A stretch of DNA of 64,000 bases from Felis catus (taxonomy: Eukaryota): assembly GCF_018350175.1 (NCBI RefSeq), contig NC_058368.1, forward strand, positions 198,092,001-198,156,000, read 5' to 3'. How positions within the stretch are numbered: position 1 is the stretch's first letter; each line of letters opens with the position of its first letter. Under the pieces are notes generated by a model that saw only the letters and a list, made by a program, of their open reading frames with translations, had not been told where the DNA came from and searched no databases. Below are positions 25,068 through 36,562 of this stretch, piece by piece. Position numbers and translations under genes: made by a program.

Positions 25068-25930
25068 GTAAAGAGTGACCCCTTGCTCCTCCCCGTCCAG
25101 GGCACACCGAGGGCTTTTAGCCAGCGTGGGAGGCAAGGAGGCTTCCCTTCGAAGGACGAGAGGGAAAGTGCAGGTGGCTTAGGAGCAAGGCCCGGCACGG
25201 GTGTTGTCACAGGGAGAGAGAGAACTCTGCGAACAGCAACTGACAGCCAGTGTGCAGGAAAGCACAGAAAGCAAGACAGCATTTCACTCATTATGTGTGT
25301 GTAGGAGACGGAAGGAAAAAAGTTGCGATGAGAAATCGTGTTACCTCCCTTTCTGGAAAACTTTAGAAACTTGACAGGTAATCTGTTTGGATGGTTTAGG
25401 TGCTGTCTCCTCTGCAAGGCAGTGATTACAGAGGTCTGCGCTTAGATAACCGCTGGTGATGTCTAGGCTGGGGCTTAGTGAGTCTTTGATGTTGAAAGGG
25501 TCCACGGGTTGGTGGGCATCTCTCAAGATCAAGTATTTCTGATGAACGCTGATGCACTTTGTGAAACAGGGTGGGGTTTGATCATGAAACGAAATGACTC
25601 ACATTCTTGAAGGAGGGTACCCTGAAGTATAAAACAAGCCTCGTTCCACTTTATGAAAGTGTTTGATCACCTAGAAAAATGGCAGATGGTCTCAGACAAG
25701 TACAAATAACAGTCAAGAAAAATAAAAATTGGAAGTCTGTGAAGAATGAGAGTTTACAGACTTCAAAAAAGTGTCATTAGGTTGAAATCATAGCTAAACA
25801 ATGTAGTTACACATCTGTAGAATTTATTTCAAACTCAGTGACTGTAGTTTAAAAAATGTTTGGGTCAAAAGAATGGTGATTTAAAATATATATATGGATA
25901 CTTCATGATCTCATAATTAAAAGCTATTAT

Positions 25931-26153
25931 TTTTTTTTAATTTTTTTTTCAACGTTTATTTATTTTGGGGACAGAGAGAGACAGAGCATGAACAGGGGAG
26001 GGGCAGAGAGAGAGGGAGACACAGAATCGGAAGCAGGCTCCAGGCTCCGAGCCATCAGCCCAGAGCCCGACGCGGGGCTCGAACTCACGGACCGCGAGAT
26101 CCTGACCTGGCTGAAGTCGGACGCCCAACCGACTGCGCCACCCAGGCGCCCCT
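25931..26153 (-). mobile_element. Young CAN-SINE, antisense in ESM1 intron 1
   Basis: Near-consensus body. TSD taaaagctattatt. Confidence 0.95.
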
Positions 26154-27961
26154 AAAAGCTATTATTAAGATGAAACACGTAGGCTATAGCCCCATGCATC
26201 AGTTTTGTAATACAAAGCAGCTTTTAAAATGATTAAAGAGGCTGGGTAAGGTATTTCTTATATTTTCTTTCTTATTTCATTCTTATACTTTATGTAATTG
26301 AAACAGTTGTATGCTTTTATGAATGATAATAATCCACCATTGATCCAGTGTCATTCATACACCTACCTTTTAGACAAATATTTTATAAATCAATTACCTT
26401 TTCACCCGCAAAACGTAACTACAGACTAGGAAATGAATGCTTGCAGGAGGAAGAGAATTTTATTTTTTGCGCAGTTTAGTTTTGCTTATAACCACTAAAA
26501 GGTAGACTATTGAGGAACCTTTTTTGTGCGTGTGTGTGAACATTCACGAGCATTTATTTAAGCTGAGGAGAACCTGTAGTTTCTATAAATTACAGGATTT
26601 CACGTGAGGGATTTAGGGAGGAAGTAGTTCAACCGATCATACTTGTGACATAGCAAATATTTGCAGTGGATTGTTTTTTCTCTGGACACAAAAATTGCCT
26701 CTATCAATGGGACTGTAAATGCCCTGTCACATGTGGGTAAAGCAATGGCACAAGGCCTATGGGATCTTTAGCAATCTACCCTTCTACTGAATGACTGAGG
26801 CAGCTGTTAACGGGATAGGTTCTTAAAACGCACTTAAGATTGTTCTTCTTGGCATCCTTCAGACTGCAAGCGAGTCTGGTTTCAAACATTTTTCTCTCTG
26901 CTGGAAACAGTGACCCTGCGTGAAACTCAGCAACTTCAGACACAGACGTTGGATTGTGCTGTAGGCGGACTCCCTCTTTCAGCCCTTGCACAGAACCGTA
27001 TACGTTAGCTGCACATCCAGATGTTTTCTCAATATTCAGATGTTTGGCGTTAGGCTGCCGCGTTAACAATCAGCCAGCCAACATCTATTTACTGAACACC
27101 TGCTATCCGCCCAGCACTATTCAATACGCTAGGGGATGAAACAGAGGCACAATTGAGGATTTGGCTAAAGTTTGAGTTTTCAATGTCACTAGAGACGCAC
27201 TCGAATTCCCGTCCTGTATGCTCTTCCGAAAGAGGCTTTTGGGGATCCTTTTTAAGGGCTGTTCGTGCAAGCAGAGAGGCCAGTGTTTAAAACCAGGCTC
27301 CTCCGCAAGCTGGAGAATGCCAGTGAGAAGAACTCTAAATCTCTTCCCCAAATAAAGTTCATTCATGTCTACCTCGATCATTCGTGTGGAATATTAGATT
27401 GCTAAGGGCTCGGCTGCTTCACGGTGCGTTTCTCCCCCGTGTGTGACTGTACACGTACTGAGAAGATTCTCATGCCAAGAGAATCCGTATTCTGCATCTA
27501 TTCTGCTTGGCTGTTAAGGATAGGGGGGTCTATCGGGATGCTGTTTATGCCATAACAATCCTGCATTTTTAATAAGTGATTCTGTTCTTTTCTCAGCATA
27601 ATATGTTTGAGTCTAGGTACGAAAACACTGACGCTCTAAATGCTTCCAGATTTGAGGTATATAAGCAAAGTCTCAGCTTTCTCCTTCTTCCTAGCATGCA
27701 CATCTTAGGTTTGCAGAACATTTTACTAGAAAATCCTCTTAACATCCAGGGGAGCTAGGTGACCTGTACTGCCGTGTCAACAGATAAGGCAGCTGATGAA
27801 AGCTGGCACAGACTGAGGATTGAGCACTTGGTGGACAGCTGGCATCGACACCTCTCTCAGTCCCTGGGTTGCAGTGGGGTCCTTTCCTATATGTTGCTAT
27901 TTTAAAATAGCGAGTTGTTTGCGAGTACGGTGGATTCAAAGACAGCGTCACATCTTTTATA

Positions 27962-28183
27962 TTTTTTTTAATTTTTTTAATGTTTATTTATTTTTGAGAC
28001 AGAGAGAGAGACAGAGCATGAACGAGGGAGGGGCAGAGAGAGAGGGAGACACAGAATTGGAAGCAGGTTCCAGGCTCTGAGCCATCAGCCCAGAGCCCGA
28101 CGCGGGGCTCGAACTCACTGAGCGCAGGATCGTGACCTGAGCTGAAGTCGGACACTTAACCGACTGAGCCACCCAGGTGCCCC
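27962..28183 (-). mobile_element. CAN-SINE, antisense in ESM1 intron 1
   Basis: PolyT, then gagacagagagag...cacccaggtgcccc. Confidence 0.93.
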
Positions 28184-28563
28184 TAAACTCCTTCGCAGCT
28201 GATCCGTAGGTCTGTTCAACTGCCCACCTCACCGACCTGTCACGGCAGCAGTCTCGGGAACCTGTCTATTGGTACCTAAGCAGAAAGTGAACAGAATTAA
28301 GGTTGGTTCAAGGATGTTGGTTATGTCTAGCCGTCTTCAACTAAACTCCAGAGCAGGACACTAGAGCCGAGGTGTCCTGCTCTTGGGGTGTGATTTTCCA
28401 TTTGTGACTTAAAGTTTCAACTTCTCAAACTTGGGTTTTTTTAAAGAAGTGGTTTGTATCTGACAGTCAAGGTTCACGAGGCGTGTTCAGATATGGAGGC
28501 TGTGCGGGCAGGGGCTTGTGCACAAGGAGCAGCTCCCTCTCTAAACCTATCTTGTGTCCTCAG

Positions 28564-28710
28564 ACTGTCCCTACGGCACCTTCGGGATGGAATGCAAGGA
28601 GACATGCAACTGTCAGTCCGGCATATGTGACAGAGTGACTGGCAAATGTCTGAAATTTCCCTTCCTCCAATATTCAGTAGCCAAGACTTCCAACAGACTT
28701 GTTTCTACAG
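28564..28710 (+). CDS. ESM1: ESM1 coding exon 2 (Cys-rich module and Phe-rich motif)
   Basis: Acceptor cttgtgtcctcag|AC. Reads (D)CPYGTFGMECKETCNCQSGICDRVTGKCLKFPFLQYSVAKTSNRLVST. Donor CAG|GTAAGA at 28711. 147 nt, phase 1-1, in frame with exon 1. Absent from the ORF track. Confidence 0.97.
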
Positions 28711-28731
28711 GTAAGAATTGACTTCAGTATA

Positions 28732-28940
28732 GGGGCACCTGGGTGGCGCAGTTGGTTAAGCATCCAACTTTGGCTCAGGTCACGATCTCATGATTCATGA
28801 GTTCTAGCCCCATGTCTGGCTCTATGCTGACAGCTCAGAGTCAGAAGACTGCTTCACATTCTGTGTCTTCCTCTGTATCTGCTCCCCCCTCCACCAAAAA
28901 ATAAAAAAATATTAAAAAATTATTTTTAAATAAAAAAAAA
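28732..28940 (+). mobile_element. CAN-SINE about 21 nt downstream of the exon 2 donor
   Basis: ggggcacctgggtggcgcag...polyA. Degenerate TSD aagaattgacttcagtata / aagaaacgatttcagtaca. Confidence 0.9.
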
Positions 28941-30139
28941 GAAACGATTTCAGTACAAACATCAGAACAATAATCTCACTTTCAGTTTGAATAACTTAAG
29001 CAATATAGAGGATTAGAATAAAGCATTGGTTTGAATGATTTTGTTTTTTATTTTACTCAGGGGAAAGGGGTGGTGACTGAGTTCGGTTGCTGTTGTTGGT
29101 TTTTTTTTTTAAAGATTTTTATTAATAATTTTGAGGATTATACATTTTTCCATAAAGTTTACCCAGCCATATGGAGAATAAATATGATTGATTACCAAAG
29201 CACCTGTAATAAGAAAATAACCAAGATACACAAAGTTCCCTAAATTCTTCAGTGATGTTTATGTATAGTAGACAAAGTTACTTCTCTCTCAACTTCACAT
29301 AGAAAAAATACCCTCAAGAATTTATTAGATAAGGTTTAAGAGCCAAGATAGAAAATATAGAACACTTCTTCTTTTCTTAACCAAGTGGAAGTATTTCCAA
29401 AGAATATTTCCCAGCATGTGTTTTTATAGATTTCGGAAAGGATAAGAGACAGTATCTGTGACCGAAACTTGGGAATTATCTCTAAGCCTTTGAATGAAAT
29501 TGTAGTAATAGCCACATGATGCTTGTTCATGCATGTGTATTTCTTATCAGGTTGTTAGAATGTGAGAAATACAACGTATAAGATGGTGCTGTGCACATAT
29601 TCGGTTACCTTGTTGGATAAACAATCAGTATAGTAAAACTTCATTAAATTGAAAATAGCACATTTAAAACCACATGTGGTCACAGAAACTGTTAGTATCA
29701 ACAAACTATGCAATTTCTCCCCCTTAGATATAAATAGTTGACAATCCAAGTCCATTTGATTTAGTTTTTGTTTCTGGTTCTTTGCGCTTCAGATTAAGAT
29801 TTGAAATATTTGGCAAAGGTACTTATTTCTTAATTTTACCTCCTTCTTACACATGGATACAATTTAGTATCCATTAAGAGAGTATCCATTAAGAGTACAT
29901 TAAGAGAAGGAGGAAATCTTGTGCTAAGTAGGGAATTATTATGCTGAAGTGTGGTTATGCCCCTAAACATTCATCTAAACTGAAACCCCTGTTTTTAAAG
30001 CTATTAGGTGAGCATCTTCGTGACTATTTGATCTGGAAATTGAGAAAGTCATTAATAGGTTAAATACTTAGGACTTGTCCTATGGTACTTAAAAAGCAAA
30101 ATGGAAAAAGATTGAGTTTTAAGTCCTAAAAAATTTGAT

Positions 30140-30345
30140 ATTACGGTGAAATTTACACAACATAAAATTAACCATTTTGAAGTGAGCAGTTCAGTGGTAG
30201 CTAGTACATTAACAACGCTGCATAGCCGCCACTTCTGTCCAGTTCTAGAACATTCTCATTAGCTCAAAATAAAACCCCACTATCTGTTAAGCAATTGTCC
30301 CCATTCCTCAACTCCCAGCCCCTGGAAACCATCAATCTTAGACCT
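30140..30345 (-). mobile_element. Ancient L1 3' fragment (L1M type)
   Basis: gtgaaatttacacaacataaaatttaaccattttgaagtg...catagccgccacttctgtccagttctagaacatt, typical of an antisense L1M 3' end. Confidence 0.7.
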
Positions 30346-30915
30346 GCACATTTTTTTGAATGATTTGACTACTTCAGTACAGGTTTGAAACTTACTGTCT
30401 CAGGACAGTCAGCTGTCTCAAATGCTTGCATCTTTTTTTGTCTTATTTCACCTTCTCAAAACTGCAGACTACAAAACACTTTAAAGAACTTCTGAATTCC
30501 TCTTCATTCATTCATGGTTATGCCTAAACCTTTTCCACCAAGAGAGAGAGAATGGACTCCCTTGTGAATCTTTATTGGTGTTTGGGAAGAATGCTTGGGA
30601 GGCCATGAGAGCGCCTTTGGAGTAATCCTCAAGAAGGATAATAATCCTCACGTCCGTCCCTCCCATTGTATACCCAGCCACATGCCCTCTTCTCCACTGG
30701 ACTGTTGGACAGTCTCTTTCCCTTCGGCGTGTCACCCTTGCTTATTTGCTTGCAGATTCTGCAGATGTCTTGACTACTAGATAGATGCCTTGGCCACACA
30801 TATTTTTCTGGGTGGAAGTTACATTAGGGGTTACACACAAAAAACATTACTATACCCAAATTAGGTATCAAGATTCTTAGTAGAAATCTATGGGAAAAGC
30901 GTTGTCTGACCCGAG

Positions 30916-30918
<3 letters not shown>

Positions 30919-30956
<38 letters not shown>
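30919..30956 (+). repeat. (TG)n microsatellite in ESM1 intron 2
   Basis: Perfect TG run of about 19 units. Confidence 0.95.
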
Positions 30957-30957
<1 letters not shown>

Positions 30958-32044
30958 TTTTTTCCCGTTAGCTAAGGAGCAACAAAAATGATTACTGGTT
31001 AATCTTGGTAAACCTTAGGTTCAGGATGGGAGCAGAATATCCTAAAGGCTTTGTGGAGAGGCAGCATAGGAGCTCCGCTGCTCAGTGGTACCTTGTCTCC
31101 TTGTGACTTTCCAGGGTTCATGTGCTACCATTTATAGGAGGGGGCTTGTCCGGCTATCAGCTTCACATCACCTCTGTGCGAATCTGTTTTCAAAACCTTT
31201 GTAAACGGTGCCAACGTTCGTCAGCACAGGGACTTCTGGAGGTCCCTTCCATGCCCTGATTGCATGAGCTCTAGATTTCTATCTCTAGATTTCTCTAGAT
31301 TTCTATCTAATGGCTACTACGATCTTGCCAAGTGGGTTTCCTATTTCCATTTCTTGTTGTTGTTGTTTTGTGGTGAGATTTCCAATTTTCTGAGATGGGG
31401 AATTTATAAGTAGCTTTTTTTAGGGGGACAGGGACAGTAAGATCTGGAATATTTGATTGCTTTGCATACATTCATCTGCCAGGCTGCACGAATCGTACAG
31501 GGCTCCATTTTAGGATGTGCACTGTTGAGGCAAATACACTTCGCTACTCTTAGAAGCAGACAAATTTCATTTTGGAAAATTCTAAATATTACAAATTTTT
31601 ATTTGAGCAAAAACCGTCTTTATAAAAGTTCTGCCCTTTGGTCTGCCTTCTGGAGCCACAAAATAAGCTAACCCTTCTTCCATACCAGATAATAGGAAAA
31701 TCTTATTAAAGATCTACTCTTACAGCATTTGCTCATTCCATAAGTATTTATTAAGTGCCTACTATGTTCCAGGCACTGTAGTAGCAATGAACAAAACAAA
31801 GCCTCTGCCTTCTTGGAGCTGATATTCTAGTGGTGGAGTGAAATAACAAATAAATAAAAAAGGCAAATGCATGTATAAGATAATGCCTGGTGGTAACAGG
31901 TGTAAGAAGAGAAATCAGTCGGCGGCAGGGGCTGACTCAGATGGGAGGTGCCAATTAACAGAGAGTGGGTGAATAAAGTGAGTATAGACTCTTTGAATCT
32001 ATAAAAAAATTATTGTAAATCCCTTGTAATATGAAAATAATATA

Positions 32045-32270
32045 GGGGCGTCTGGGTGGCTCAGTCGGTTAAGCATCCGACTTTGGCTCAGGTCATGATC
32101 TCGCGTTTCATGAGTTCAAGCCCCACATCGGGTTCTGTGCTGACAGCTCAGAGCCTGGAGCCTGCTTCAGATTCTGTGTCTCCCCCTCTCTCTGCCCCTC
32201 CCCTGCTGGTGCTCTCTCTCTGTCTCTCAAAAAATGAATAAATGTTAAAAAAAATGAAAAAAATAATAAA
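32045..32270 (+). mobile_element. CAN-SINE ending about 65 nt upstream of the exon 3 acceptor
   Basis: ggggcgtctgggtggctcag...A-rich tail. TSD-like aaaataata. Confidence 0.92.
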
Positions 32271-32335
32271 ACTGTTCTTGATCTTAGGGTTATCAACATT
32301 TGGACATGCATGATTTGTATTCCTTCTCATTTCAG

Positions 32336-32433
32336 AGCATGACATGGCATCCGGAGACGGCAATACTGTGACAGAAGAACTTGTAAAAAAGAATACCCGC
32401 TCGCCTGTAATGAAATGGTTAAATCCTCGCTGA
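32336..32433 (+). CDS. ESM1: ESM1 coding exon 3 (SGDG glycosaminoglycan attachment site, C-terminus, stop)
   Basis: Acceptor tccttctcatttcag|AG. Reads (E)HDMASGDGNTVTEELVKKNTRSPVMKWLNPR*, TGA at 32431-32433. Spliced CDS 301+147+98=546 nt = 181 aa plus stop. Confidence 0.97.
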
Positions 32434-33885
32434 GCCTGGGTGGGGTTTCTGAGAGAAGACTCTTATCTTAATGGTCATTCAACACACAGCCAACATTTTA
32501 GGAACTGTCTAGATTATAGCATATGGACATGTGATATCGGGAGGCCAAGTGTGGGGGTCCAGAAAAAAAAATAATAAAGTAGGCTACTAACAATCCATAA
32601 AATGCATATGACTGAACACTTTTAGATCTTTGTGAAATATATGAATACATACAGAGTTGTTAAATATGTGTTTATAGTAATACTGAAGAACGGAAAACAC
32701 AATTTAGATCATATTAACGTGGACGCAGATCAGCCCCAGAGGAAGCTAAAGATGAAGGCCACAGTGCCTGTGACTCGGATGTGCATTGATGCTGGGATAC
32801 AGGATGGAGGGAGAGTTCGGAGCGAGAGAAGGTGGGGGCGGGTGGGGGAGTATGGTATTTAGGTCTTCCTTGTAGTAGCACCAATAGAATTTAATTGTGC
32901 TTTTTTTTTTTTTTTAACTTTGGGAAAAGTAAACACAAAACCAGCCCTGAAGGAAGGGGGATAGTTGGAGCTTGTAGGAGATTGGGTAGCAGCCCCCATA
33001 GTGAGGCAGGTTTCAAAGGCTGCTACGGGTCATTCCCAGATGACCGCATCTGAAGGGAGATTCTGGGGCAGAGGGCAAACTCCTGTAAATGGTTTTAAAG
33101 AAGGCCACCTCAGACCGAGAGAGCCAGGCAGTATTTTTCACACTTAGAGGAGGTGGGAAGGTAAATATTTACATAATTTTGTCAACGATTTATGTTAGTA
33201 TGAGTCATCCTAACAGACATACTCATCACCCTCTACTGTTCGTTTAAAATGAGTAGAATAAAGGTATAACTCTCTAAGGTTTCCAAACCCCCAAGGCATG
33301 GTAAATTTATTATTAGTAATTATAGTAATATTTACAGTAATAAGCACAAGAGAACCCTGGGAATAACTTAGTCATGACAGATGTATACAATGTCAGAAAA
33401 TGAGCAACAGAAGGAATTTATTGAAAAGCCAGTGCAGTGACTTAGAAGCGTTTTAGGTTTAAAATAGAAAATACTTTTTAGGAGGTTTGGAAGAGAGTCA
33501 AGAAGCCTCAGCTTTAAAATAGGGCTCATTTTCTTATTTTTCTTTCCTTCAAAGTCAGTCGATAAGTGGAATTATGAGCACACGGGAGGATCTCAGCACA
33601 AACGGGACGGTTGTACTAGATTTTGTTAGGAAACGTTTGCAGACCTATTTTATTTGGAGTGAAGATTATTTAAGGATTATTTCACTATTTGCCTATGTTT
33701 TATTCTCAAAGTTTGCCACAGAGTTGTGAATGCGTGTGTGGGAAGGTCTTGGATCATGAGCTGCATAAGCTGTTGGATTTGTTTTGAAAGGAAAAGTTTA
33801 TGGCTGCTCAATAAAAATACAAGACAGCTGCTCTGAGTCCATTCATGACTTTGTTAAATCATTAAAAGTTATTTAAAAGATTCAC
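32434..33885 (+). other. ESM1: ESM1 3'UTR, AU-rich (3' end approximate)
   Basis: Follows the stop codon, lacks obvious interspersed repeats, carries about ten ATTTA pentamers and ends near polyA hexamers. Confidence 0.7.
33810..33866 (+). terminator. Likely ESM1 polyadenylation signals
   Basis: AATAAA 33810-33815 and ATTAAA 33861-33866. Upstream alternatives AATAAA 32573-32578 and 33257-33262. Confidence 0.6.
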
Positions 33886-33889
33886 TTGA

Positions 33890-34110
33890 TGGAGTGCTGG
33901 ATGGCTCGGTCGGTTGAGCGACCCGCTCTTGATGGCTCTTGATTTCAGCTTTGGTCATGATCTCACGGTTCATGGGATCAAGCCCTGGGTCGGGCTCTGC
34001 ACTGACAGCACAGAACCTGCCTGGGATTCTCTGTCGCCCTCTCTCTCTGCCCCTCCCCCATTCGCTTACACGTGTGCTCTCTCTCAAAATAAGCATTTTT
34101 TTAAAAAAAG
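33890..34110 (+). mobile_element. Older CAN-SINE just downstream of the ESM1 polyA signals
   Basis: SINE body with an internal duplication (gctcttgat twice) and an A-rich end. Confidence 0.85.
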
Positions 34111-35399
34111 TTTCATCCAATGAACAAAAAGTCTGTGTGCCTATTAAAAGTTGGCTTCTCAACTGAATTTGCTGCTACAGATAAGCATTTTCTGTCAAAA
34201 CATGAGGCTAGAATATTTATTTCTTTGCCTTACATTTTTGGTCTACCCATGCCTTATAGTTCCCTGAAACGTAGGTCCCTAAATATTAATCCATTCTGTA
34301 GAGACAAAAACAAAACAACACTTCTGCCAGTGTTTTGAAGATACTTACACTTTAGAAGGTGTCTGCAAAGACAGATCTTTCGGTGTCTGTAAAAGAATAG
34401 AGTAGCATTTGGCTTTGGAGCTTGAGAGTATCATGTCCAAGAACAGTATAGTTTCACTTAGCTTTGTTATGGGCAAATTAGGAAACCATTTAAATGAATT
34501 GACACAATGCCCAAAAAAAAAATTTGTCTGTATTAGCAAAAACATCAATCTGCCTGATCTTTTTCCTTTTTCTAAGATGGAAGAAACAAAGTGAATGAGA
34601 TAAAAAGTTCTATCAATGTGTTATCAATGTGAGATATTCATATTATTATTAAATAAGAACAATGTATGTTTTTATGTCTTTACATAAGACATATGTTTGT
34701 ATGTCTTTACTCTTACCAGTGTGCAGTGGGTTTCAGGACATGCTTTCAGGGAGTGAGATTACTTAAATATCTGCATCGTATCTGTATCTGACTTGGCCTG
34801 AAGCCCAGGCTGCAGTCCAAATGTCCCTCTGGGGAAGGGCAGACAGTGGAACAAGAGCTAGCCCAGGGCAGGACTTGCCTCTGGTCCTTGTTCTGCAGCC
34901 TGGGAGATCATGGTCAATATAATTGAACAAAGGTGGGTTCATCTGTTCTCAGTCGCAGGCATGTTTTCTAGTTGCCCAGCTTCCCGTTACTGGGACCCCT
35001 CTGTGCATTTCACTTCAAGTGCTGGTACTGGTCTGTCTCAAATTGCTCTGTAGCCTTCTGACTCTATTCTTGATGGAAGTGGCCTCCAAAATCTTTGGAT
35101 TTTGTACTTTTTGACTGCAATACTTTTGAGCATGCAATTTTAAACTGAATACATAGTGTAGTGTTAATACACTACGTTCATTATAGCACATGTACTCAAA
35201 GTAGAAATTTTTAAGGGATTAAAAAATAAATAGAAACAGGAGTTCTGAGATTTTTTTCCTACACCCCTATGGACTATCATGGGAAACACGGGAGAAGTAA
35301 AAGAAAATGCCAAATGTCACTGGTTCCTAGTGAGGCTCAACCTCATTTGATATTGAAGAGAAACCAAACTGGCACATATTCCATACAATAAATAGTTCT

Positions 35400-35586
35400 G
35401 GAATGAATGGATTAATGGATGAATAGTTGGATGGATAAATGGATGAATGGAAGGATGGATGGGTAGATAGGTGGGTAGAAGGATGTTTGGGAAGAAAGAT
35501 GGAACAGACTTGGGTGAGTGGATGTCTGGAGGAACGAATAAACGAATGAATGAATGAATGAATGAATGAACAAATGAATGAATGAA
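35400..35586 (+). repeat. (GGAT)n/(GAAT)n degenerate tetranucleotide repeats
   Basis: Runs of tgga and tgaa units. Confidence 0.85.
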
Positions 35587-36071
35587 GCAGGTGACAGGCC
35601 TATCTCCAGCAGAACCGATGGAGCAGATGGCCTCCCATCCCTTTCATCTACCAGCTCCCATGTCCTTGATGGCTGTTATCCTGCCTATTAGGACCCTAGG
35701 AGATTGAAAAACTGGCTGCATCCGTGAGAGTCAGTAAATCTGACAAGTAAGGTTGTCCAAGGCCACAGCAACAGGGAGTGCTTCTCCATCAAGCAGTGGG
35801 GACATCACCTGTGGTAACAAAATGTGTAAGGTAACTTTAGTGGTAGCCAGATTGCATTGTCATTTTCTGTGAAAGGCAGTTCAGGAGGACTGTTGTTTCC
35901 ATTCTGTATTTGTTTCCTTTCCTTTATCCTGAGGCCCCTAGGAGTAAAGGATCCATAGATATAATTCAACATCACAACAGATATTTGGAGGGAGAACTGA
36001 TTATTTCTGACTGCCCATGTGTAGTGTTAATCATTGACTTAAGGCCTGGCTTTAAAAGGACGCATGTTATA

Positions 36072-36238
36072 GACCTGCAATTCTTTATTATTCATTAGAA
36101 TTACCTAGAGGCCTTGCTAACACACAAACTGCTTATTTGTTATGTCTGAGATGAGGCCCAAAGATTTTCCACTGTTACAAGTTCCCCAGGTGATGCAGAC
36201 ACTCTGGGTCCAGGGGACCTTACTTTGAGAATCACTGA
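36072..36238. mobile_element. MER5A-like hAT-Charlie element
   Basis: cattagaattacct...acaagttccccaggtgatgc...actttgagaatcactg. Confidence 0.75.
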
Positions 36239-36335
36239 TACAGGGATATCTAGACTCACCTAGAAAGGAAAGAAACTAAGGTGTGATCGAAACCAATTCT
36301 TGCTGGCCTTATGAAAGAATGTGCTGCAAGATTTC

Positions 36336-36562
36336 TTTTTTTTTTTTTAATTTTTTTTTCAACGTTTATTTATTTTTGGGACAGAGAGAGACAGAGCATG
36401 AACGGGGAAGGGGCAGAGAGAGAGGGAGACACAGAATCAGAAACAGGCTCCAGGCTCTGAGCCATCAGCCCAGAGCCCGACGCGGGGCTCGAACTCACAG
36501 ACTGCGAGATCGTGACCTGGCTGAAGTCGGACGCTTAACCGACTGCGCCACCCAGGCGCCCC
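36336..36562 (-). mobile_element. Young CAN-SINE
   Basis: Near-consensus body. TSD tgtgctgcaagatttctt. Confidence 0.95.

Noticed and set aside
24767..25078. 103-aa ORF as a complete gene
   Set aside because: It is exon 1 read through the donor at 25068; the last residues are intronic. Intron retention cannot be shown from DNA alone.
24785..25417. 210-aa ORF on the - strand, the longest in the window
   Set aside because: It is the antisense shadow of GC-rich ESM1 exon 1, has a non-ATG start and no recognisable domain.
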